This document shows positions 39,180 to 52,563 of a stretch of 64,000 nucleotides of DNA, piece after piece; position 1 is the stretch's first letter; each line of letters begins with the position of its first letter. Source of the DNA: Octopus sinensis (Eukaryota); the NCBI RefSeq assembly GCF_006345805.1, contig NC_043001.1, positions 33,852,001 to 33,916,000 of the forward strand. The letters are read 5' to 3'. The notes under the pieces were generated by a model. It made no database searches and was not told where the DNA came from. It saw only the letters and a list, made by a program, of their open reading frames with translations. Made by a program: the position numbers and the translations under genes.

Positions 39180-39390
39180 TTCTACTATAGCCACAAGGTC
39201 TGAAAATTTTTTGGAGAAAGAATTAGTTGATTGCATCAACTACAGTACTTAACTGGTACTTATTTTATCAACCCTGAAAGGATGAAAGGTAAAGTCAACG
39301 TCAGTGGAATCTGAACTCATAATGTAGAGACAGATGAAATGGTACTAAACATTTTGTCTGCCATGCTAACAATTCTGCCAGACAATTCTG
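39180..39390 (-). mobile_element. SINE-D copy
   Basis: ctttctactatagccacaaggtctgaaaattt...gaaaggatgaaaggtaaagtcaac...gaactca. Confidence 0.75.
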
Positions 39391-42300
39391 CTAGACAATT
39401 CTGCTGCTTTATATATATCTACAATATATCTCCTTTTATCAATACTCAGTTTCCATTAACAATCCATGAAATACCACTGAATAATCACATAATTTATGTA
39501 ATTATTTATTGTAATATGTTTCTCATATTGCCAAATGATATCTCATGTGGCACCCACTTTTTCTGATTTAGATACTTTGCTAAACTGTCTGACGAATGTA
39601 GATGAATAACAATATGAGATGAATAGACTTTCTATGCCACTTCTTTATAATTTATAGAATAATCTTCAACTGTTTCAAAGTAAGTGGTCAATATCAAACA
39701 AAACAGGGCATTGAGATTGCATTGTATTGCCAAACACCAATCATCAATGAGAAACTCTATGAACTGTTATTAACTAATTGCATATCAATAATTTATAGAT
39801 GAGTTATTTTTCAAACAAATGCGAGTTTTCTACTCTATTAACTATAGCCTCTTACAAGGCTATATTGATTGAAACATAGCATAGGTAGAAATACAAGCGA
39901 TTAATAGTTTGGAATACCCAAACAGTTGAAACAATACTATCATTGAGAGATTTTCATATTCACAATCTTAATGTTATAACAAAACTATAATAGCATTCAT
40001 TTTGCACATTTTAACTTGTGAAGAACTGAACTGATATTCTAATATTACCACACCAATAGAAGTATTTGTTAAAAAAAAAAAAGCTAGTATTTGGATTGGT
40101 TTTGTTATCATTTATTACAATCAATATAACAAAGTTTTTTAGATCCTTTAGATATACTTTCAGAAAACTTAACCTTCAAAAAGAATGGAAGCTATTAAAC
40201 TTTCTCTATCAAGGAAAGATACATTATTAATGGGATGATCTTGTAAATAAATGGAAAATTGGTAATTAAGAAGAAAATAATCATCAACATTTTTAATTAA
40301 AAATTTGTTCTTTATTTAACCAGAAGGAAGATTGTTAACATTTTAAATACATGTTAAAAATAACTTCAAGTTACAATATAGACAACTGTAAAAACAAATT
40401 TGCAAGTAAAATTTTTTGTATTAATTTTTCCTAAGATAATACTGTAAATAACCGTTAAATTCTAATTAGTGTTGTTTCTACATATAATGAATATTTCAAT
40501 GAGCTAATCTAATAATTAAGATGTGTTTCAGTAATAGTTGCTTGCTATAAAATATGGTCAGCTAGCTTATTTAATCAATAAAAAATAAGACTAATGATGG
40601 TTGTGAAATGATTCAAAATAAATTCCAGTACCAGTATGACGGAACAATAACAAAACATGTAAAATACATTAATTATGAAATCTAAAGCATAATTAACACA
40701 ACATAATTATTTGAATGATAATGTATTTAAAACATAAACAACTTCACCAAAACCATTTTGTTGAGTAATTCACACAAATATGTGAAATTTCATAAGTGTT
40801 ATGTTAAGTAAAAGGCATTTAAGATATCAAAGAAATTATAAAAGAACAAGCATTAGCAGAAATTTTTAAAAGGGGGCAATAGAGCTTTTGAAAAGTTCTG
40901 CAAATTGATATAGAAAGAGAAACAGATTTAGTAGATTTTAGAAGGTTGTTTTAATCCAGTCATAAAAGAAGCAAGGATGCACAGAGGATATAAAAAGATT
41001 TTCCTTCTGCATGTTATTTGTAGTATTTAACATTAAATAAATGAATATAATTTTGTGTTTTATTGGTGTGTTTAAAACCATATTTCCTTGAATATTCAAC
41101 TTTTAATTATGAACATCCAAAAAATATTTAAATGAACAGCACACTAAAGTTAGAAAAATCAAAAGAGGAAATATGAACAGGTATGATATGGCAATGTTTT
41201 TCAAATCATCAGAATTAAATATAATTAGTAAATAAAAAAAAAACTTTAATGAATTAAAATTACATCCATAATGATGAAAACAATCATTTTCTAAATGACA
41301 AATGGGTTATATAAAAAAAAATAACATAGGAGAAAGAGACAACTTCAAAATTTTAATTAATTAAAACTAGATAAATATGAAGGGTAGAGAGGAGATAATC
41401 AATCTTTAGCTCTATAATGACAACTCTAGATATGTTTTGGTTTCATTTGACCTGTTTAGTGAAGCATAGTCTAACCACTACTGTAGATCTTAGAATGATT
41501 AGAGAACCATACAGGATGATTGTGAATGAATACTGAGTGGTGATATGTCATAAAAGAAAGACTAGGATTACATAATTAATAGAAGTAAACCCGAAGAGAG
41601 TGGCTGAATATGAGAATCAGATACATTCACTTGTACAGATGAACAAAAATTATTGTCATGATTAATTTCTAAACCAGAGAGGCCACTTCATTATTAAAAA
41701 AAAAAATCTGTTAGTACTTGAGATGAGAATAGCAGAATGCATAAGCCATATATTCATACTCAACACTGTAACTTTATTTATTTATTTATAGTTAGCAACT
41801 CCAGAATAAAAGAAGAGTCAATAATTTCCAGACCACCAATTACTAAAATATTTCAGCTCAACAAAAGCAGATTTAATTTTACCAACACAACAAATATTAA
41901 GGATTTTTAAAGATATAAAAGTTGAATTTTCTTATTGAAGTACTTTACATTCAAATACTTGTAATTATAGTCTGTCTTAAGCAGTTTTTAGTAGATGGTA
42001 ATTTTTTAAGTCACTGAATGCCATTCTGGGTAAAAATGCTAAAGTGAATCATTTACATTTTGAAAATGCTTATAATTTTAAGACCTTATGATTCACCTAT
42101 TTTCTATTAAACTGTTAAATGGGCAGGTGAAAAAAAAAAAGAAAAAGATTGCCAAATTAATCAGATATTTGCAAAGATTTCAATTTGTACATTTTGGGAA
42201 TTGCTGCAGAAAATGCTCAACAAAATATCATCTAAATTACCACATCCAAATTATTTTTATGTATTTATGTAAATCAAATATTTGATGCAAGAACTTGTTA

Positions 42301-43951
42301 AATACAAAATTTTAAATTAGTCTTTTTATTTTTGTTGTGATAATTCTCAGTGAGAAGCAAAATGCCGAAGTTTTTTTAAAACCATATTAACATTTGTTGC
42401 TGGCTTGGAAAACTTTTTCAAAGGAAGTAATTATTTAGTTGTTGAGTTTATAAACTACTGTTAATAAATCAGATGTATTTTATGACATATTATTTTCCCT
42501 GCATATCTGTTGATGAAAGTAGCTGTCCATCTCTTAAGATTTATCTACTTTACATATGACTAAATGGTAGAAGTGTTGAATTAAAGACCTTGAAAAGTCA
42601 TAGCCATCATTTCATGTTATTCAAAAAACTACTTGCCTTAGCCAACTAGAAACTTGCTGTCAATTAAAGGTTAACCAGAAATGCGAACGGCATTCATTCT
42701 ATACTAGAATGGGAGATATATATTAAAACATTTTAAAAAAAGCATTTATGCTTCATTATGTTTTACCAATAAGCAATTAAAAAAGCAACTTTAACAGAGG
42801 AATGGCTGAATAATTAATCAGCCAGATTTATAATCATGATTTCGAATCTAACCACATGCAGTACTTATTTTAATTATTTTAGTTTATCTAGCTGAAAAAC
42901 TAGGTACCAATCCTACACCATAACAAAATGATTATTTCTTCTATGGTCCTCTTGCCATAAAAATACACATGAATATGTGAATTTGTGTCAATCGATCAAA
43001 GTTTATATCAGTATGGAAAATTAAACATGCAGTTATAAAGCAGATTTGCAATAAAAGCAAGTTTTGAAGTAAAACAAACTGATTTTCTTTTCAATCTTAA
43101 GAGAAATGAAAATGCTCATTATGCAATAGAATGCTGACTAGTTAGAAAGACACAACAGCAATTTTTCCCCTATTTTCATATTCAATAATAATAGTATTAT
43201 GTTTTATTTTTTTTTTAAATTAATACAAGTCTTTAGTAAAGCTACTTAAGATACATAATTCAAAATTCTAATTTCATTAAAATATATAAATATTAGATGT
43301 TTTTCTGCTTTAGAATAAAAAATTTTTCTCAAAAATTTAAAATATATTTTAAAAAACATGATATTTAAGAAATGTTAAAAATATTTTAAGAAGTATTTGC
43401 AACCTTTAAAATTAAACTAAAAATTTGTTATTTATAAATAAACTGTATTGATGGTGTAAATAGCTATGCATCAGTTTAAAATATTTTTCCAAAATAAATC
43501 ATCTGAATATAAAATTTTAGAAGATTTTTTGTTTCTTGACCACTGAATATACATGTTTTAGGCTCACATGCATTTAATACATGTCAAAAGACATGCAGTT
43601 TCTAAGCATGTATTTGGGTATAAACATTTCTTCAATGAATGGCAAAATACATAAAATAACAATAAATATCAGAGTTAAAAAGATTAATTAGAGGAATGTA
43701 CCACACAAGGGGACTTACCAGAAAAACACTGGACAAGAGAACAAGATAAATCATGCATTTCAATGAAGAGAATAGTTTTATATTCTATTAATCAAACTGA
43801 AATCAAACAAGTAAGGGGGGAATTTGGTTTGGATGCACTCCTAGAAGGGTCAATGAAGGACTACAAAGAGTGAAAGCCTATTGAACAGAATACCACTGCA
43901 AAAATGTTTGGAAACAGGGAGCAGGGAGGACGCCAACTTCAGCAAACTTAC

Positions 43952-43996
43952 CATGGTGTGGGTGGTGTCACTATCAGTAATGGTTCACACACAGAA
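43952..43996 (-). CDS. Candidate 45-nt exon (5'UTR, or coding phase 2-2: SVCEPLLIVTPPTP) of the unidentified minus-strand gene
   Basis: Acceptor tttgattttcctttctctag and donor ATG|GTAAGT are both near consensus; one open frame. It ends in TG, which would give W-KRSS if joined to exon 23541. It lies in a possible old repeat relic, so it may be a pseudo-exon. Confidence 0.35.
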
Positions 43997-44544
43997 CTAG
44001 AGAAAGGAAAATCAAAAATTTGGCAAAAATATAATGCTTATTTAAAAGAAAATGTTAAATTAACAACAGAAAAGATGTGTAATGTAAACTTATCTTAGAG
44101 AAATAGAAACACACTGAAATAAATTTCATTGTATTTTGTGCAGATTAGGTTCTTCAAAGAACTTTCATTAAAGAAAAATAATGTAAAGAAATAATTTTTA
44201 AAAAAGCCTACTCTGACAAGAACCCTCACAAAGGTTTTGTCACATTGCCTTTACCTTCTTTAACAAAAAATGCATTCCGTGTTTACAAGCAAAAAGGTTT
44301 AAAGATAATAAATCCAACACCTCTAGAGATGAATTCAAAGAGAAACAAAGGGGTTTAGATCCATATACAATATTATAAAAATTGATTTTGAAGTTCATGA
44401 AAGCAATTTCCTTAACAAACTGAAAGCAGCAAAATGTTAAGATATACTTATAAAAGAGATCATCCACATACATGTTTTAACAAATGTACATCTTTATTAG
44501 TAAAACCATATATATTTTTGATACCATTCACAGTTATATAAGAA

Positions 44545-44945
44545 ACTAGCAGTATCGCCCGGCGTTGCTCGGGTTTGTAAGGGAAATAACTATATAAGCA
44601 TTTTTAGAGAGTTATAGCCAAAAAAATAGCAAAAAAATGCATTAAAAATGGAAAAAAATTATGGCAAATTTTTTTTTAAATCGTTGACTCATCGTAGACA
44701 TTTTTAGAGAGTTACTTCCCTTATATAATAGCGAAAAAATGCATTAAAATGGAAAAAAAATGATGGTAAATTTTTTTTAAAATCGTAGACTCATCATAGA
44801 CACGCGCTAATACCCAGAAGGGCTCGATATGAATCACGACTATAAGATACCCGGTTTTGGTTAAACTGCACCGCAAAATGTGGGAGTAGTTAGGAATCTA
44901 AATTGTAGGAGACAGACACACAACTTCACTTTTATATATAAAGAT
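44545..44945 (+). mobile_element. Helentron-type non-autonomous element (HINE-like) with an internal ~100-bp tandem repeat
   Basis: actagcagtatcgcccggcgttgctcggg start; two tttttagagagtta...gactcatc units; ends ttttatatataaagat; CpG-rich. Confidence 0.7.
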
Positions 44946-45621
44946 AAGTAAGTACAGAAAGAAACCTTTATAAATATATTTGACAGATACATCATCATTT
45001 TCTAGTCTATAAGGAATCAAACTGGCCAATATGAAAGTGCAACCCCAACTGTGTCTAGCTTGTGAGGCCCAAATTTTTTAAACCTAATCTGTCATTCCAA
45101 ATATTCCTTGGTTTAGTTCTTTTCCATCTACTCTGTACTAATAACTTGTGGGACTACCTTATCAAATACACAACATTCAAATGCATTTATGTCCCTAGTA
45201 GTTTCTCTCTGTACAAACTGACTAATGTTTAGAAACCCAGTTGTTTCCCACCAACTACCTTATGGTTAGCTTTAGACATTTATATTTGTATGATCTGTGG
45301 GTACAATTTAAAAAAGCAGAAATTTAATATGAAGTAGCCCATTAACCTCAGGCTAATAAATTTAATTACAAAATACAACATACTAAGTTCTTCTGAAACT
45401 CAGTGAAATATCAAAAGCTTTAATGTAGTTTTCTCATACTCAAACATACCTAACAATAAGTACACATATAATGTATGACAAAGGAGTGCAGTTTTTGGTG
45501 AAGAAAGTCTGTCCAACTTATGAAAGCATTAAAAAAATGGCTATAAAATGGTGATGGTACTAGTAATGACAGTGGTGGCTGGAATCAATATTGTCTACAT
45601 TTGGATATCTCCCAACTATTA

Positions 45622-46775
45622 TGAACTTTAGCTGAAATGTTTGTACGCTGTCCAAGACACTCTCACGGAATGTGACAAAATGAGATTTATTTTCCAAAAC
45701 AGACCCCTTTCTTCCACAAGTGCTGCAGTGCTTGGATCCTATTGGCAAAGAAGCTTTCATCCTGTTAGTCATGAAAGTCATCAACAGTAGACATGACATC
45801 ATCATCACAGCAATACTGGTTCACATCCAAGTGTTTTTTCATGTTGGGGAATAGATGACAATCAGATGGGGCTAAATCAGAAGAATATGGATCAATCAGT
45901 TCAAATCCACAGTCACATACAGCAGCCATGAGCATTGTCCTGATGAAAGAAGCCCCCTTTCATCAGTTTTCTTGGGTCTTGATAGCCTTTCATGACTACC
46001 TCAGCAAGTTAGCATACTACTCTCCATTGATGGTGTGGTCCTTTTGATGATAATCAATAAACACAATGCTTTTTGCATCCCAAAAAACTGAGGCCATCAC
46101 CTTCTCTGCAGATGACACAACCTTGGCCTTGTTCGGAGCAGGTGAAGAAAAGTGTTTCCACTGCATGGATTGTCATTTTGTCTCTGGCTCAAAGCAATGG
46201 CCTCAACACTTACCCTGGGTTAGGAAATGGCCGAGGAAAGCAACTGGAACTACCTTAAACAATGTCAGATTTTCCTGTGATGTGATCAGGCTAGTGTGCT
46301 TGTGATCAGGTGTCAGAAAATGTGGCATCTACTGAGCAAAAAACCTTCATCATACCAAGTTCATTGTTCAGAATATTCTCATCTCTTCCATGGGATATAT
46401 TAATAGCATTGGCTATTTGATTTATAACCTTGGGTCATATTCAAGACTCTCTCTTCCCCTCCTAAGTTCAGCTGCCCTCTTTTGCACTGTTGATAAAGGT
46501 GAACCATCATCCCCTAATGTAGCATGCATGTCATCATGGATGTCCTTGGGGGGGGGGGGGGTAAACCTTTTTTCTGCAGGTACTTGATAACACCATGATG
46601 CCAAATTTCATCTATTTTCCAGAAAAGTCACTACTAAGTTAGATCTGAAGTTTTCTTTGAACAGTCAGATGTCAGTTTACCTGGAACAAAACAATGCAGT
46701 TACTAATAAGAAGAGCTGAAATTAATGCAAGTAACCTGTCACAGGTGTAGTATCACTTTTTAGCCCACTTTCATA
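45622..46775 (-). mobile_element. Near full-length decayed mariner transposon (pseudogenised transposase)
   Basis: KDIHDDMHATLGDD...RRGRESLEYDPR / ILNNELGM / KVMASVFWDAKSIVFIDY / FHQDNA / DDDVMSTVD...IQALQH; many stops and frameshifts; decayed TIRs. Confidence 0.9.
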
Positions 46776-47199
46776 TATTCATGCTAAATCTCCATATACC
46801 ACTCTACTCCTCTAACATCAATCACTTACTCACCACTCCTACCCATATTCCTCCTTACTATTAATATTTCTCTCCCACCATGCAGTGTGTGTACCAAAGG
46901 ATTGCATCATATTAGATTTGTCTTTACACAATCCTCCATACCATTACCCATTCTTTATTGGTAACTATCACTTTCTCTCTCTCTCTTTACTTCTTCCCCT
47001 ATTGTTCATTGTTGACAACCATCATCTTACTCTCTTACCATTAACCATCTTCAAAGCTGTCCCTCACACACACACACTACACCTTTCTCTATCACTCATT
47101 GTTGACATCCACTCTCTCTCCCTCCCCTCCAACATTCTCTCAAACTTACCTAACTCATCATCTTATACTCTCACTATTAACCATCTTCAAAGCTGTCTC

Positions 47200-47814
47200 T
47201 CACTCACACACACACACACACACTACACCTTTCTCTATCACGCATTGTTGACATCCATCACTCTCTCTCTCTCTCACTCCCTCTTCTATCCTCCTCTTAT
47301 TTCTGACTCTTCCCCCATCACGCCATGCATGCTATTTCTGTTCAATCTCCCTATCAAGAATTATTATATAGCTTCCTTTACTACCAACTCACTTACTTTC
47401 TTGCCTCAATGAAATGCATCCAGTACATTCAGTAACGTAGTTGGCAAATGAACAGAAATAATGCAGGGTGGAGAAGAGACTTCAGTCTTCCTGAGGACAT
47501 ACCAAACTTTCTGTGCTGGTATCGCAATAAAATGTACCCAGTACACATTGTAGAGTGGTTGGCAATAGGAAAGACATCCTGTCATAGAAACTATACAGAA
47601 AAAAGTGAAATACATAAGCAAGACTTGATTCCAGAACTTTCCAGGAAAGCAGTAACTCTGAAAATTTTTCATGTCTTTTTCAACGAAAAAAATTATTTTT
47701 CCAAATGAACCAAATTAAATAATCACTGGATATTATTAATGATATTATTACTGTTACTATAATTAATGGAAAAATTAACTCATAATCAACATACAAAAAC
47801 ATCTACTCCCCACC

Positions 47815-47856
<42 letters not shown>

Positions 47857-48510
47857 TACACCTTTCTCTATCACGCATTGTTGACATCCATCACTCTCTC
47901 TCTCCCTCAACTCCAACATTCTCTCAAACTTACATAATTCACTTTTCTATCACTGCCTCTCTCCTGTCACTCTCTCTCACTCCCTCTTCTATCCTCCTCT
48001 TATTTCTGACTCTTCCCCCATCACGCCATGCATGCTATTTCTGTTCAATCTCCCTATCAAGAATTATTATATAGCTTCCTTTACTACCAACTCACTTACT
48101 TTCTTGCCTCAATGAAATGCATCCAGTACATTCAGTAACGTAGTTGGCAAATGAACAGAAATAATGCAGGGTGGAGAAGAGACTTCAGTCTTCCTGAGGA
48201 CATACCAAACTTTCTGTGCTGGTATCGCAATAAAATGTACCCAGTACACATTGTAGAGTGGTTGGCAATAGGAAAGACATCCTGTCATAGAAACTATACA
48301 GAAAAAAGTGAAATACATAAGCAAGACTTGATTCCAGAACTTTCCAGGAAAGCAGTAACTCTGAAAATTTTTCATGTCTTTTTCAACGAAAAAAATTATT
48401 TTTCCAAATGAACCAAATTAAATAATCACTGGATATTATTAATGATATTATTACTGTTACTATAATTAATGGAAAAATTAACTCATAATCAACATACAAA
48501 AACATCTACT

Positions 48511-48563
<53 letters not shown>
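47200..48563. repeat. Near-identical tandem duplication, period 703 bp
   Basis: About 47270-47820 matches about 47973-48523 (track ORF pairs 47406/48109 and 47448/48151 are identical); junctions lie in (CT)n(CA)n. Confidence 0.95.
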
Positions 48564-48564
<1 letters not shown>

Positions 48565-49019
48565 TACAGAAGTCTTCTCAAACAATTTGGTGAATTCTGA
48601 AGCTAAGCAGCCACAGAATAGCTAACCAAAAGTTTGTCAACCATTTAATGAGAAAAAATGGACAATTTATTGCAGTTGATAAAAAGTTTGACCTCTTTTG
48701 ACCTGTCATCAAATCAACTATCCCAGAAAATACCTCTTAATTCCTGTAATTTCATTTTTTTTTTACTTCCTTCTCTAACCAGCTCTCTCAAAATCTCATA
48801 CATGCCTAGTTTTAAAATTCACCACACATTCATATAGATTCAAAATGATAAAGAACATGCTTTTTCCTAAACCCAAGAAAACAAATATATCTGAAAGGAA
48901 AAAATTTCCAACAGCCCACAATTCATGATGAATTCTTCGAGGGGTTGAAAGCACTCAATAAAGAGTGTTTATCTAAATTCTGACTACCTTCTTTTATTAA
49001 TATATATATTCTTTACTAG

Positions 49020-49310
49020 TTTCAGCTCAAGAGCTGCAGCCATGCTGGGGCACTGCCATTTAAAAAGCTGGCATCTCATCAGTTATGAGCAGAACAGCCT
49101 GCTCATGAAATTAACATGCAAGTGGTCTAGCACTCCACAAACACACATACCCTTGACGTAGTTCTCAGGAAGACTCAGCGAGACACAGAATATGACAAGG
49201 CTGGTCCTTTGAATTACAACTCATTTTTGCCAGCTCAGTGGACTAAAGTAATATGAAATAATGTGCTGCCAGGAATTGAACTCATGACCTTATGACTGTG
49301 AACCAAATAC
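49020..49310 (-). mobile_element. Old tRNA-derived SINE
   Basis: ggaattgaactcatgacc (rc B box); ccagctcagtggact and gcaagtgg..agcactccaca motifs also seen at 4325-4560. Confidence 0.6.
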
Positions 49311-50856
49311 CCCTATATATGTATGTGTATATGTGTGTGTATATATATGTGTGTGTGTGCGTGTGTGTGTGTATTTACAAATTATTTTATAATTATAACA
49401 AGGTGCTAGAAATAGACAAAGTCTTTTTTACTACCAAGGTAGTAAAAAAAGACTTTAACGTCTATTTCTAGCAGTGCATGGTGATGCATCAAGCTGACCC
49501 AATTTGTAAAATTTACCTAAAAGGTTTTTATTTCCTGCACTGGCTACCTATATATATATAGGGTAAAAGATATATGTATATATATATAGAAACATGCATA
49601 TTCACAGAAAAATATTCATATATTTACATTCACCACATATAGGCAATCTTTCCCTTGCAACAGATCATATGAAAAATTGCGTAGTCATATAAACAAATCA
49701 TAAAAATCTGATGAAGAGATAACATTAGTGAATGACTGAGTGAAAGAAAAAGAAACAAGAATGTTCAAATAAAGTGAAGCCTAAATATTATATTACAAAC
49801 TTTCAGTAGAATATTATTATATTTATTTAACCATGATATTGCATATACCAGACAAAAAGTCATAAAGCACTAGTTGTAGACCAAGTGTCACTGGTTTAGC
49901 ATACCTGATTTACACAAAATACAAGCCTCCATAAATACATACTTATGTCATAATATACATATACACTTGTCATGATAGTATGGACATTAAACGATGATGA
50001 TGATACACATGCAGGTACACATTTACATACATGTGCACATGAGAATGTAGATCAGGGACTTTATTCTATTGACCATTCAAAAAAGTTGTATTCAATAAAA
50101 GAGTATTATGTGCGTATGCATTTGTGTGGAAGAGTGAAATAGTCACTGTTCTTTATTTACTGACAATAAACAATGACCTCTGATGACAACTTGTATAAAG
50201 CAGAAACAGCTGAATATATAAGGATATGATATCGGCAATATTGATCTGAAATGTCTGGGATAATTATAATTTATCTAGCAAAAGCAATATTAGATGTTTA
50301 AATTACAACTGACATTATCATCATCTTCAAAATTTATGTTAATTCAACATGTTTTGTTTACATATATATGAATTTGTACAAGATTTTTATCTTTTTTGGT
50401 AAGGAAAAATACACTGGAAAAAATCTTTCCAAATATCCAAACTTTAAGTTATTTCTTCTTTAAGCTATTTCTTCTTTAAGCTATAAGATCAAATTTATAT
50501 CCAACTCAAAACAGAAATATTTCTCAGTTACTTCTTCCATTAATCATCAATCAGAATGATTAATAAATTACTGGTGCATTAACAGTATTTTGTTTCAAGG
50601 CTATGCTGTACTACAGACTTTATGTATAAATTTACAATCAACACTAGATTTTATAGATAGAAGTAAACAACTTATCTTTATATACAATATCTTCATGTAC
50701 AGAAAAAAAAAGGACAAACCAGATTAGCTTCACTCTTGCTTTAAAATTTCATCAGTGACCAAGTTCTCTTTAATATTTTTAGCAGTCTATGTAGACACTG
50801 CTTATAAATCCACCTTTACTTAGGGTTTCTACAAATCAGACAGACTGATTAGTATG

Positions 50857-50899
<43 letters not shown>

Positions 50900-51114
50900 T
50901 GCATTCTTGTAGCTAGTTCAATTAATTAAATATTAGTACATTAAGAATTTTATTTCAATGGTACTGACTTGCAAATGTAATTTACATTACAAAGAATACT
51001 CAGTCATCAATAAAATCTCAACATAGGAGTGAAATTATTCTAGTTGATCTCTCTTTTTCTTTCCATGAAGATATTTTATATAAATATAAGATGTTTACAT
51101 CAGTCTATTATACT

Positions 51115-51245
51115 CTTTTCTCCTCTAGGTACAAGGCCCGAAATTTTGGGAGCGGGGGCCAGTCAATTAGATTGACCCCAGTACACAACTGGTACCTAAT
51201 TTATCGACCCCGAAAGGATGAAAGGCAAAGTCGACCTCAGTGGAA
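51115..51245 (-). mobile_element. 5'-truncated young SINE-D with a perfect 18-bp TSD
   Basis: acatcagtctattatact at 51097-51114 and 51246-51263. Confidence 0.92.
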
Positions 51246-51914
51246 ACATCAGTCTATTATACTATTATATGGTGTTGGTTAAAATTTACAGATATATTCT
51301 GTAGTACAGTAGAGTATTGAAACAAGATATTATGAACACACTATTGTGTGTGTGTGTGTATGCATATGTATATATAAATATAAACAAAAACCAATGGCCT
51401 TATATCCAGCATTTTTCTCATTACATTTGTATATATCTTACTTTTATTGGTGGCATCTGTAGGTTTTAATGCCTTTATTACATATAACATTACTCATGAC
51501 CATGCAATGTACGTCTATTTTTGTAAGAAAATATGCACACCATAAACATCAATATTTTAACATTTTTAAAAAAACTGATCCAGTTAAGAGGAATAGGGTA
51601 GCAACAACATATATTCAGATACTCTGAAGTAATATTCTAAGGTCTGTCCAATCTATTTCTTCTCAATACTTATTTTGGTCTCACTCTACCAGGATACAGC
51701 ACAAAGCTAATACCTACCCAGTATGCAGCACCCATTGACATTCCCCACATCTCTTCTTCATTCAATGCCAGAGCAATAACATCATCTATTGAAAGGCAAG
51801 AGCCAGCAATGAAACTTACAAACATTTTACCAGCTCTCCCTTGGATTACTTGTTAACATTGCAGACCAGACCCTTACTAGCTCCCTTGAATTTTGGACTA
51901 TAACCTTATCATAA

Positions 51915-52050
51915 GCACAGGCATGGCTGTGTGGTTGAGAACTTTGCTTCCCATTTACATGGTTTTGGGTTCCATCCTACAACATAGCACCTTGAGCAAG
52001 TGTCCAACCCCAGGTCAACCAAAACCTAGTGAATGGATTTAGTAAGTGGA
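51915..52050 (+). mobile_element. SINE-A-like head and core fragment
   Basis: aggcatggctgtgtggtt...gggttccatcc...ccttgagcaagtgtc...gaatggatttagtaag. Confidence 0.65.
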
Positions 52051-52330
52051 AATTGAAAGAACTTTACATGTATTGTTATACATCAAATGAGAAAACTATG
52101 AAAAAAAACTCATAATCCAAAATTCTTTTCACTGGTCTCCATAGTTTGATCATAGATTACATATAAAGAAAATAAAACTGGAGAATTTCATAAGTGTCAA
52201 TCAGGTTTCCCTTAAATAACAGGCATTACTATTAATGAAATATATGCATGATGTCATAACTAAATAATGATGAAAATTATGATTTGTAAATCTCTCAATG
52301 AGAGATATTCAGCAACAGTACTCTATAGTA

Positions 52331-52563
52331 AAGATTATTTGCCAACATAACATGGCAGTCCTGGTTTAGGACAAATGTTGCTGTAATTTAGCCCCAGGAG
52401 ACGTTGTCTCCAGCTAGCTACACAACATGATCTGTGTCCTTTGTTCGAAAATATAAGGACAGATCGTGTAGTGGAGCCAACTGGAGATGATGTCTCTTGG
52501 GGCTAAATTACAGCAACGTTCCTCCTAAACCAGGACTGCCATGTTATGTTGGCAAATAATCTT
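52331..52563. mobile_element. Palindromic TA-flanked MITE
   Basis: The outer 43 bp (including TA) are a perfect inverted repeat; pairing continues for ~110 bp to a short spacer. Confidence 0.9.

Noticed and set aside
47406-48411. Two identical ORF pairs suggesting duplicated small genes
   Set aside because: They overlap an RTE-tail fragment, have no recognisable protein features, and only reflect the tandem duplication.
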